A DNA stretch of 55,012 nucleotides from an uncultured Syntrophaceae bacterium (GTDB lineage: Bacteria; Desulfobacterota; BSN033; UBA1163). Each line of letters begins with the position of its first letter. Positions within the stretch are counted from its first letter, which is position 1. This document shows positions 46,828 to 54,854 of the stretch, piece after piece. Position numbers and translations under genes: made by a program. The notes under the pieces were generated by a model. That model did not search any database. It was not told the origin of the DNA and was given only the letters and a program-made list of their open reading frames with translations. Location: positions 1 through 55,012 of the forward strand of contig CAZFDM010000190.1 in the NCBI GenBank assembly GCA_964517975.1, read 5' to 3'.

Positions 46828-46828
46828 T
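46820..46828 (+). promoter_or_regulatory. Extended -10 promoter element TGcTATAAT overlapping the radical SAM stop codon
   Basis: TGCTATAAT at 46820-46828 is a perfect TGnTATAAT, about 85 nt upstream of the MNT start at 46914. No good -35 is present. Confidence 0.35.
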
Positions 46829-46913
46829 CCTGAGTTCATTCCCTCTCCTCGGATCGGAGAGTTCGGAGTCAGGAGAATTTGGATAGAGTTTGGAAGAAGA
46901 TAGAGAACGAAAT

Positions 46914-47267
46914 ATGGCAATAAAGTTGGGATTATCTGAAAAGAGGAAGAAGGGCCTGGAAAAAGAATTGGATAGAGTCCTTCCCATTCTGATAAACTTG
47001 GGGGTAAAAAAGATTATCCTATTTGGTTCGTTATCTGTCGGAAGAGTCCATCGGTCCAGTGATATCGACCTGTTGATTATTAAGGAATCAAATCAGCGTT
47101 TTTTGGATCGATTGGATGAAATTTACCAAGCGGTCAGACCCCGCTATGGCATCGATTTCTTTGTTTACACCACTGAGGAATTTGAAGAGATGAGGTTAAC
47201 CAATTTATTCTTAAGGAGGGCTGTTAAAGAGGGGAGACTACTGTATGAAGTCGAATCCAATGAATGA
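46914..47267 (+). CDS. Minimal nucleotidyltransferase (MNT) domain protein, antitoxin-type partner of HEPN
   Basis: LFGSLSVGRVHRSSDIDLLI (GS-x9-DxD NTase motif). I chose the ATG at 46914 over the TTG at 46890. Confidence 0.8.
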   Translation: MAIKLGLSEKRKKGLEKELDRVLPILINLGVKKIILFGSLSVGRVHRSSDIDLLIIKESNQRFLDRLDEIYQAVRPRYGIDFFVYTTEEFEEMRLTNLFLRRAVKEGRLLYEVESNE

Positions 47268-47652
47268 AGCACGCCGTTGGCTTTTGCAGGCAGAACAAGA
47301 CCTTGACGATGCGGAGTTTAATCGTTCTGGTGGAAGATACAACGTGGCCTGTTTTCTTGCTCAGCAATCGGCAGAGAAGGGATTGAAGGCTTACCTTTAT
47401 TCAAAAGGGGCTGAAGAGGTGTGGGGGCATTCTGTAGCAGAACTTTGTAAAGATGCCCAAACATTTGATCCAGAATTTAAGCAATTAGATATCAATGCTG
47501 CCCCCCTCGATAAATATTATATTCCCACTCGTTACCCCAATGCCTTGCCTGGTGGCATTCCTTCAAAGGCGTTTGATGAGAACGATGCTAAGAACGCTAT
47601 TCGTTTGGCCAAAGAGGTGATCAATTTTGTGAAGATTAAGGGAGGGTTTTAG
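47245..47652 (+). CDS. HEPN domain protein (toxin-type partner of MNT)
   Basis: 135-aa helical protein with the YYIPTRYPNALPGG block typical of PF05168-type HEPN. It overlaps the MNT gene by 23 nt. Confidence 0.8.
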   Translation: MKSNPMNEARRWLLQAEQDLDDAEFNRSGGRYNVACFLAQQSAEKGLKAYLYSKGAEEVWGHSVAELCKDAQTFDPEFKQLDINAAPLDKYYIPTRYPNALPGGIPSKAFDENDAKNAIRLAKEVINFVKIKGGF

Positions 47653-48344
47653 TGACCCGAGACTCGTCTTTTACTGTTCGCGATCTTCCAAAATCAGAGA
47701 GGCCTCGGGAAAGGCTTCAGAAATTCGGTCCGGAGGCTCTTTCTGCTCAAGAGCTTTTGTCTCTGGTCATTGGTCGTGGTATCCCTAAGAAGTCCGTAAT
47801 GAGTATTGCCCAGGAATTGTTGGCAAAGTTTGGCAATATCAAGGCGATAAGTCAGGCAACCATAGAGGAACTCTCCCAAATAAAGGGGATTGGTCTTGCG
47901 AAAGCAGCCCAGATTAAAGCTTGTTTTGAACTTGGAAAGAGAGAGGACTTAGAACCGGAGCTGAAAAATTTTGATATCAAAGAACCTGAGGCAGTTGTAA
48001 AAGCTATTCGAGCAAGTATTAAGGATAAAGCGAAGGAACATTTTAAGCTTATTCTTCTGAATCCTCGTAATAAAATTATCGGAATTTCCACTATCTCCAT
48101 CGGCACACTCAATGCCAGCTTGGTTCATCCAAGGGAAGTTTTTAAGGATGCCATCACCCACAGCGCTGCTTCTGTAATTTTAGCCCATAACCACCCCTCC
48201 GGAGACCCCGAACCCTCAGAGGATGATATAAAAATCACCAAGAAATTAGTAGACTCCGGGAAAATTTTAGGCATTGAGGTTTTAGACCATATCGTTATCG
48301 GTAAAAGTAATTTTTTTAGCTTCAAGGAAAGGGGATTGATTTAA
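47652..48344 (+). CDS. radC: RadC-family JAB/MPN domain protein
   Basis: N-terminal HhH region (ELLSLVIGRGIPKKS...IKGIGLAKAAQI) and JAB motif HNHPSGDPEPSEDD. The GTG start overlaps the HEPN stop by 1 nt. Confidence 0.9.
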   Translation: MTRDSSFTVRDLPKSERPRERLQKFGPEALSAQELLSLVIGRGIPKKSVMSIAQELLAKFGNIKAISQATIEELSQIKGIGLAKAAQIKACFELGKREDLEPELKNFDIKEPEAVVKAIRASIKDKAKEHFKLILLNPRNKIIGISTISIGTLNASLVHPREVFKDAITHSAASVILAHNHPSGDPEPSEDDIKITKKLVDSGKILGIEVLDHIVIGKSNFFSFKERGLI

Positions 48345-48348
48345 GGCC

Positions 48349-50361
48349 ATGAACAAAATAAGTTACAAACCTTTAGAAGAAGAAGTTAAGGCCGATGAGA
48401 TCTTAGACCTTGTTTTTAAAGATTCTTCCGTAAAACATGGATTGCAGGAGTTTTCTAAAAATATCTTAAAAAGGATCAAAGCCTTTGAAAAAGAGGATGG
48501 GAAGTTTTATGTCCATTGCTTAAAAAGAAGTAAAGATATATTCATCTACGATAAAAATAAAAAGATAGGAAAACCCGAGGAGGTCATCCGTCAACTTTGG
48601 CTGATTAAGTTAACCCAGGAATATAAGTATCCATTAGAGAGGATTGAAGTTGAGAAGTCAGTGCAATTCGGCACCGAAGTTCGGGAGAAGTCGGCTGACA
48701 TTGTTTTGTATAAAGAGGATAAGATTACACCTTACATTATTTTTGAGTTAAAACAGCCAAATGCAAAAAAGGCTGAAGAACAATTGAAGTCTTATTTAAG
48801 TGCAGAAGGGGCGGAAGGTGGAGTTTGGTCAAACGGTATCCAGCGATTTATACTATATCGCCCTTACCCGAAAGAATATATAACCACCCTTTCGGACATC
48901 CCCAATGTTAATCAGACATGGGACGACCTTTTTGAAGAGAAAAGGATCTATGATGAATTGCAGGAGAAGTTTGACCTATCCTTCATAATTTCAAGGCTTG
49001 AGGAGATGGTCTTGGCACAGGCTGGCGTCAATGTCTTTGAGGAAGTTTTTAAGTTGATCTATGCAAAACTTTATGACGAAGATCAAGCCAAGAATTTTCG
49101 GACAAAAAGGGAGGTCTATTTCAGACAATATAAAGAGCCCAAAAAGACTTATGCTGTAATCAATGATGAGCTTTTTAAAGGCGCAATTGAGGAATGGAAA
49201 GATATTTTTAACCCATTATCAAAAATCGATCTGTCACCAGAACAACTTCAAATCTGTGTTCCTTTCTTAGAAGATAAGAAATTTTTTGGCTCAGGCAGGG
49301 AGGAATTGGAAATTATAGACCGTGCTTTCGAACATTTGATTGCAGAGGTCTCAAAAGGGCAAAAGGGCCAATACTTTACACCTCGCAATGTGATAAAGAT
49401 GTGCGTGAAAATGCTTAATCCTAAAAAGAATGAATATGTGATTGACCCAGCTTGTGGATCAGGAGGGTTCTTACTTCATACAATGTATTGGGTATGGGAT
49501 AATGACTTAAAATCTGCCTCAACAACAGCAAAACAAAAATATGCTAATCGCTATCTTTATGGGATTGATTTCGATGATAATATGCGTCGTATATCTCAAG
49601 CCTTGATGCTCATTGCTGGTGATGGAAGACACAATATTTTTAAGCGTAATTCTTTAGATGGTAGAGACTGGGTGGGCGAGCAAGCAGAGGAGGCAAGGGC
49701 TTCTTTGAAATCACTTCTGAGGAATTTCGATAATCCAAAACAAAACGAAGAAAACCGGAAGACCTATCGATACCTCAATTTTGATATATTGATGACAAAC
49801 CCTCCTTTTGCAGGTGAGATTACAGATTCTGGCCTTCTTCGGCAATATGAATTTGCCAAGAAGGATGGGAAGCTTAAACAAAAGGTTGAAAGGCATTTAC
49901 TATTTATAGAGCGGTCTTTGGATGCCCTTCGTCCCAGTGGAAGAATGGCAATCGTATTGCCACAGGGAGTTTATAATAACACGAATATGGAATGGCTTAG
50001 ATTATGGCTTTTCGAAAAAGCCCGAATCCTGGCAGTGGTTGGATTGGAAGGAAATACCTTTAAACTTCCAGCCCCAGCAAAAGGCACAGGGACAAAAACC
50101 TCCGTCTTATTCTTAAAGAAATGGGGAGAAGATGAGAAACCATTAGAGGATTATCCCATATTTATGGCAGTTTCAAAGAAATCAGGGAAAGATAACTCTG
50201 GCGAGTATATTTTTCTGAATGAAAAAGGGCAAAGAGTAAAATCCGAAGGTGGTATCTTCGAAACTTCAGAAAAGCTAAAGCTTGATGATGATTTGGACGA
50301 GATTGCCGAAGAATTTGTGAAGTTTGCGAAGAGAGAGAAATTTGAGTGGTGGTGTGAATGA
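48349..50361 (+). CDS. N6-adenine DNA methyltransferase (gamma class) fused to an N-terminal HSDR_N/PD-(D/E)xK-like nuclease domain
   Basis: N-terminal ADIVLYKEDKITPYIIFELKQPNAKKAEEQLKSYL (D...ExK), MTase motif I DPACGSGGFL and motif IV NPPF. 670 aa, starting 4 nt after the radC stop. Confidence 0.85.
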   Translation: MNKISYKPLEEEVKADEILDLVFKDSSVKHGLQEFSKNILKRIKAFEKEDGKFYVHCLKRSKDIFIYDKNKKIGKPEEVIRQLWLIKLTQEYKYPLERIEVEKSVQFGTEVREKSADIVLYKEDKITPYIIFELKQPNAKKAEEQLKSYLSAEGAEGGVWSNGIQRFILYRPYPKEYITTLSDIPNVNQTWDDLFEEKRIYDELQEKFDLSFIISRLEEMVLAQAGVNVFEEVFKLIYAKLYDEDQAKNFRTKREVYFRQYKEPKKTYAVINDELFKGAIEEWKDIFNPLSKIDLSPEQLQICVPFLEDKKFFGSGREELEIIDRAFEHLIAEVSKGQKGQYFTPRNVIKMCVKMLNPKKNEYVIDPACGSGGFLLHTMYWVWDNDLKSASTTAKQKYANRYLYGIDFDDNMRRISQALMLIAGDGRHNIFKRNSLDGRDWVGEQAEEARASLKSLLRNFDNPKQNEENRKTYRYLNFDILMTNPPFAGEITDSGLLRQYEFAKKDGKLKQKVERHLLFIERSLDALRPSGRMAIVLPQGVYNNTNMEWLRLWLFEKARILAVVGLEGNTFKLPAPAKGTGTKTSVLFLKKWGEDEKPLEDYPIFMAVSKKSGKDNSGEYIFLNEKGQRVKSEGGIFETSEKLKLDDDLDEIAEEFVKFAKREKFEWWCE

Positions 50362-51725
50362 TAACCTATTCCATTATCCAAAAATCTAAACTTGAAAGGG
50401 CATGTCGACTGGATGCAGAATATTACCAGCCGGAATATTTAGAATTAGAAAAGAAAATACTTTCGACAAAGTCATATAAACTTTGGGGCAATATAGAAGG
50501 ACGATTTATTACTGGCCCGTTTGGTTCCGAATTTGGTGTTGAAAATTATACCTCCGGAACTCAATATAGATATGTTCGTGGCAAAGACGTAAAAGAATTT
50601 TTTCTCCTCGATGGTGATAATGTTTATATACCAGAGAAAGATTACGAAAGACTTAAAAAATATTCACTTAAAGAGCATGACATTCTTGTTTCAGTGGTCG
50701 GAACGCTTGGTAACGCTGCAATTGTTGATAGCTCTATAATTCCTGCTATATTTAGTTGTAAGAGCACAGTTTTTCGTACTGATTTTATTAATCCTTATTA
50801 TTTTATTGCCTATCTTAACTCACAATATGGTAGAAAACTTTTGGAACGAAGTGTCCGGGGCGCTGTTCAAACTGGCCTTAACATAGAAGATCTAAAGTCT
50901 TTGCCTGTTTTTACACCTTCGCCGAAGATACAGGAATCCATAGCCTTAACTGTTTTGAATGCAAAAGAGGAACATGGCAAATCTAAATTTCTTTATTCCC
51001 AAGCTGAAGATTTGCTTTTGGAGGAGTTAGGCTTAAAGGATTTCAAACCGACGGAGGAGTTATCTTATATTGTCAATCTCTCCGAGGTAAAATCTGCTTA
51101 CCGTGCCGATGCCGAATATTTCCACCCGAAATATGAGAAAATAATACAGAAAATTAAAAAGCAGAATCTTAAAGCTCTCGGTGATTTAGTTTCGTTAAAG
51201 AAAGGATTTGAACCTGGAAGTGAAGAATATCAAAACGAAGGCAAACTATTTATTCGAGTTAGCAATATTTCTAAACATGGCTTAATTGATAAAGACCAAA
51301 AATATCTGAGCGATGGGTTATATCAGAAATTAAAAAAAGATTTTGAGCCAAGGCCTGGAGAAATTTTACTTACTAAAGATGCAAATCCTGGTATTGGCTA
51401 TGTGCTGAAAGAATCACTTGAAGGTATAATCGCAGGAGGAATTATAAGATTAAAACCTAAAGAAGATATTGAAGCCGAATATTTAGCGCTTTGCATCAAT
51501 TCAATCATTGGACAAATGCAGATTGACCGAGACGTTGGTGGATCGGTCATTGTCCATTGGAAGCCAGAACAAATTAAAAAATTACAAGTTCCTATTCTTC
51601 CAAAATCCACCCAAGAAAAAATTGCTGATTTGGTTATCCAATCTCACCAAGCACACAAAAAGGCAAAAGAACTTTTAGAGAAGGCAAAAAGAGAAGTGGA
51701 AGAGTTTATTGAGAAGAATCAATAA
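50358..51725 (+). CDS. hsdS: Restriction-modification specificity subunit (HsdS-like, two target-recognition domains)
   Basis: 455 aa with a duplicated TRD/conserved-helix layout (RLDAEYYQPEY... and YRADAEYFHPKY...). ATGA overlap with the methylase gene. Confidence 0.85.
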   Translation: MITYSIIQKSKLERACRLDAEYYQPEYLELEKKILSTKSYKLWGNIEGRFITGPFGSEFGVENYTSGTQYRYVRGKDVKEFFLLDGDNVYIPEKDYERLKKYSLKEHDILVSVVGTLGNAAIVDSSIIPAIFSCKSTVFRTDFINPYYFIAYLNSQYGRKLLERSVRGAVQTGLNIEDLKSLPVFTPSPKIQESIALTVLNAKEEHGKSKFLYSQAEDLLLEELGLKDFKPTEELSYIVNLSEVKSAYRADAEYFHPKYEKIIQKIKKQNLKALGDLVSLKKGFEPGSEEYQNEGKLFIRVSNISKHGLIDKDQKYLSDGLYQKLKKDFEPRPGEILLTKDANPGIGYVLKESLEGIIAGGIIRLKPKEDIEAEYLALCINSIIGQMQIDRDVGGSVIVHWKPEQIKKLQVPILPKSTQEKIADLVIQSHQAHKKAKELLEKAKREVEEFIEKNQ

Positions 51726-51728
51726 AAC

Positions 51729-51845
51729 ATGAAAACAGAAAACGAATTCTTTAAGGCAAAAAGACCCTAGTCAAAAATAAAAGATCAGGTCATTGAAAAC
51801 TATCTGGTTCCCTATCTGAATAAGGTTTCAACAAGAATTGGGGAT
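51729..51845 (+). pseudogene. Remnant of a TcmP-like (three-Cys-motif partner protein) gene N-terminus with in-frame TAG
   Basis: MKTENEFFKAKRP*SKIKDQVIENYLVPYLNKV fits the family N-terminal pattern W-[ST]-x2-K-x3-[LI]-x2-Y-L-x2-Y if TAG 51768-51770 was TGG. The remainder of the about 250-aa family is absent. Confidence 0.4.
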
Positions 51846-51941
51846 GGGTCCAAATTTCTAAATGATAAGGAAAAATCAACAAATCCGATTGGCTTATCGA
51901 CCAAATCTTCTATAAGCTTTATTAATTGGAGGGATAGAAGT

Positions 51942-52259
51942 ATGAAGATAGATATTGATCAACTCAGTGAATCGGAACTTATTGACCTAAATAACAGGAT
52001 TGTTCAACGTTTGCGCTTCCTAAGGCAGAAGCATGCTCATGAGGATATGCTTAAATTTAGCATAGGGGATCGTGTAACTTTTCAACCTGAGGGCCGATCA
52101 CCAATAGTCGGGATGGTTACTCGCTACAACCGTAAGACTGTAACAGTAATTACTAACGATGGCCAGCATTGGAATGTTTCACCGATTCTCCTCCAAAAGG
52201 TAATCCCAAAAAGTGAAGAGACGTCAGAAAATAAGGTGATTCCGTTTAGAAAAGAATAG
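51942..52259 (+). CDS. Small conserved-looking hypothetical protein (helical N-terminus plus SH3/KOW-like beta C-terminus)
   Basis: 105-aa ORF with a GGAGGG RBS. FSIGDRVTFQPEGRSPIVGMVTRYNRKTVTVITNDGQHWNVSP looks like a small beta-barrel. I recognised no family name. Confidence 0.5.
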   Translation: MKIDIDQLSESELIDLNNRIVQRLRFLRQKHAHEDMLKFSIGDRVTFQPEGRSPIVGMVTRYNRKTVTVITNDGQHWNVSPILLQKVIPKSEETSENKVIPFRKE

Positions 52260-52319
52260 GCTAGTCTAGTCTATCCATCGGACTCTAAGGTATTCTTTCT
52301 TATTGCCCCCTCGGGGATT

Positions 52320-52860
52320 GGGAGAAAAACCCTCGCCTTTAGGCGAAGACTTTAGTATGCTTGCGGTATGGAAAACTACCGGAAATCGAGCCATACCGTT
52401 TATGATCTGAAATATCACTTTGTGTGGGTCACCAAGTACCGCAAGCCGGTTTTGGGGGGGGGAGATTGCCGAGCGAGTGCGAGATTTGATCCGTGAGATA
52501 TGTAAGGCAAATGATGTGGAGATCCTCAAGGGGCATATCTCGAAGGAGCATGTGCATATCTTTGTGTTGGTGCCGCCCCACATTTCGGTTAGCGAATTGA
52601 TGCAATCGGTCAAAGGGAAGACTTCCCGAAAGATGTTGATGGAGTATAAGAGTTTGAGTCGGGCGTTTTGGGGGCGGCATATGTGGGCTCGGGGCTATTT
52701 TGCGGCCAGTTCCGGCAATGTGACCGACGAAGTGATCATGAAGTATATCGAACAACAAGGGTTTGAGCCTCCCGACAAGGACTTCAAGATCGAGGAAGAA
52801 CTTTAGTCGGCTTGCAGCCGAACTCAAACCTACCGCCTTCAGGCGGTAGTAGTTTAGTTC
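52320..52860 (+). mobile_element. IS200-type (IS200/IS605 family, tnpA only) insertion sequence; ends approximate
   Basis: A Y1/HUH transposase gene is flanked by similar subterminal hairpins. The left hairpin is CCTCGCCT-TT-AGGCGAAG at 52331-52348. The right hairpins are TCGGCT-TGC-AGCCGA at 52807-52821 and CTACCGCC-TTCA-GGCGGTAG at 52830-52849. No tnpB is present. Confidence 0.7.
52368..52806 (+). pseudogene. tnpA: IS200 transposase TnpA, reading frame broken by +1 in a 9-G run
   Basis: MENYRKSSHTVYDLKYHFVWVTKYRKPVLGG (frame of 52368) continues as EIAERVRDLIREICKANDVEILKGHISKEHVHIFV...ARGYFAASSGNVTDEVIMKYIEQQ in the frame of 52420. HUH is HVH. The G-run at 52454-52462 has 9 G, whereas 8 G would give one 145-aa ORF. 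Confidence 0.8.
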
Positions 52861-52881
52861 GAATAGATGGGGTAATGAGAA

Positions 52882-53529
52882 ATGACAAAGTGTTGGTTCT
52901 GTAAGACTCAAAAAGGAAAGAGGTATTGTTCTCCAATTGATAATTTTCTTTGTCCTACTTGTTGTGCAGAAAGTAGGCTTAAAAAGATAGACTGTCCTGA
53001 AGGGTGTAGATATCTGGAAGGGGTGGATTATCAGAGAAAACGGACAGAAGAGAGAAAAATTTCAGAATTGATGGCAAGTGTTCCGCACGGGGAGTATGAT
53101 GATATTTTTCAGGATAAGGAGGTTGCGTTAATGGCAGGAGAGATTGAGACACTGGTGAGGGATATTTATGTAAATGGAAATTTTCGAATTACAGACAAAT
53201 CAGTATTTGATTCTTATAGGAAGATTTATGAAATTCATATGAGTAATCAATCGCCCGAAGAGGGACAATTGGATGAGTTGACACGAGAATTATGGAAATT
53301 ATATAAGAGCAATATAAGGTCGTGGGAATTTAATATGAATCATCATAAGGTTGGTCAGGTGTTTTTAAGATTAATGATCTCCGTTAGGACTATAAGTGGG
53401 GGTGTTATGGGAGAGTTCGGTTATCTGAATTTTTTAAAGAACAATTTGGGTAGTTTTGATATAGAAGACGAGTTCATTGTGGAAGATAAGTTTGGGAATA
53501 AGAGTCGGCGTGGTTATAAAAATGATTAA
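52882..53529 (+). CDS. Hypothetical protein with N-terminal Cys-rich (zinc-binding-like) module
   Basis: CWFCKTQKGKRYCSPIDNFLCPTCCAESRLKKIDCPEGC holds nine Cys in 40 aa. 215 aa, with RBS GATGGGG. Confidence 0.55.
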   Translation: MTKCWFCKTQKGKRYCSPIDNFLCPTCCAESRLKKIDCPEGCRYLEGVDYQRKRTEERKISELMASVPHGEYDDIFQDKEVALMAGEIETLVRDIYVNGNFRITDKSVFDSYRKIYEIHMSNQSPEEGQLDELTRELWKLYKSNIRSWEFNMNHHKVGQVFLRLMISVRTISGGVMGEFGYLNFLKNNLGSFDIEDEFIVEDKFGNKSRRGYKND

Positions 53530-53567
53530 TTTGAAATATGAATCTTAAAACAGAAAGGATAAAAACT

Positions 53568-54635
53568 ATGGAAGAAAAGAAATTTCAACCCAAAAAACTT
53601 ACTTTATCCCATACTAAGCAGGAAATGTTGGAGGCCTATAATGCAGTTTTGAAACAATTGGAAGCACAAAGGGATGCAGAGATAAAACCCGAAAAGAGGC
53701 TTGAGGAGAAGAAGGCAAAGGAGATGATTCAGGTTGCAGAGTCGTTGTCGACAGAGGGTGTTTCAAGGGAGATAAGCAATCTGAAGATAGAAACATCTAA
53801 GATGCTAGCACAGATTTCTGATCGCCTTGAGGAAGAGGTGAATAAGTTTAAGGCAATCCAAAATGCTATAGCATTGAAGGAAAAAGAGCTTCAGGAGCTT
53901 TATGAGATTGAGAGATCAGCCGTAACACTGGGTGCTTTGATTGAGGCTCAGAATCAGAAGCGCCAAGCATTTGAAATTGAGATGGCTGAGAAAAAAGAGG
54001 CTATAACTCAGGAGATTGAAGCTCTTCGAAAGCAAAAGGAGGAAGAGAAAAAGAAGTACGAAGAGGAGGTTAAAGAACGTGACCTTATAGAGAAAAAAAG
54101 ACGAGAAAGGGAGAAGGAAGAGTATGAGTATTCATTTAAAAGAGAGCAAAAATTGGCAAAAGACAGATTTGAGGATGAGAAGGCAAAGCTTGAAAGGGAA
54201 ATTCAGCTCAAAAGGGAACAAATGGAGAATGAATTGAAAGAAAGGGAAAAAGCAATTGCTGGAAAAGAGGAAGAATTGAATGAATTAAAGAAAAGGGTTA
54301 ATTCCTTTCCTAAGGAATTGGAAGCTGCAGTTTCGAAGGCAGTCAAAGAGACAACTGAGAGGTTAAATCTTGAAGCCAAAAATAGGGAAGAGTTGATGAA
54401 GAAGGATTTTATAGGTGAGCGAAATGTTTTGACTACAAGGATTGAATCTCTTGAAAAGATTGTAAAAGAGCAGAGCGAACAGATTACTAAGCTTACTCAG
54501 CAACTGGAAAAGGCCTACCAACAGGTCCAGGAGATTGCTGTGAAAACGATCGAGGGTTCCGCAGTTGGAAAGTCCATTACAAATCTTCAACAATGGATGG
54601 CTGAACAAATGAAAAAATCTTCTCAGGAGAAGTGA
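53568..54635 (+). CDS. Long E/K-rich coiled-coil protein, function unknown
   Basis: About 355 aa, heptad-like and E/K/R/Q-rich throughout. I chose the ATG at 53568 behind AAAGGA. The ORF is open from 53538, 8 nt after the previous stop. Confidence 0.6.
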   Translation: MEEKKFQPKKLTLSHTKQEMLEAYNAVLKQLEAQRDAEIKPEKRLEEKKAKEMIQVAESLSTEGVSREISNLKIETSKMLAQISDRLEEEVNKFKAIQNAIALKEKELQELYEIERSAVTLGALIEAQNQKRQAFEIEMAEKKEAITQEIEALRKQKEEEKKKYEEEVKERDLIEKKRREREKEEYEYSFKREQKLAKDRFEDEKAKLEREIQLKREQMENELKEREKAIAGKEEELNELKKRVNSFPKELEAAVSKAVKETTERLNLEAKNREELMKKDFIGERNVLTTRIESLEKIVKEQSEQITKLTQQLEKAYQQVQEIAVKTIEGSAVGKSITNLQQWMAEQMKKSSQEK

Positions 54636-54775
54636 TTCCGCAAAATTGGGAGCAGTTTCACATTAGGGGGTTAATGATCACATTTAGGGAAAATATTCAG
54701 AGTTACTCGGGTTAAAATTGTAGGTTTTTAACTGCAATTGTAGTATTATTTACTGCAATATTTTGAAATGCGTTC

Positions 54776-54793
54776 TTATTATTATTATTATTA
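54776..54793. repeat. (TTA)6 microsatellite
   Basis: Six perfect tandem TTA units in the leader region upstream of the DUF763-like gene. Confidence 0.8.
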
Positions 54794-54854
54794 TGATGGA
54801 AATACTCTTAGGATCTAAGTTGAGAGCCAAGGTATTGAGGGGTAAAGGTAAGAA

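Noticed and set aside
51729-52259. The TcmP-like stub and the 51942 ORF share one reading frame, so they might be a single gene with a read-through or recoded TAG.
   Set aside because: Similarity to the TcmP pattern ends after about 38 codons. The 51942 ORF has its own GGAGGG RBS and an unrelated sequence, so the shared frame is most simply coincidence.
54731-54793. Short direct repeats and the TTA tract considered as a possible CRISPR array or minisatellite.
   Set aside because: The units are only 3-11 nt with 2-6 copies. There is no repeat-spacer periodicity of 25-40 nt, and no cas genes are in the window.
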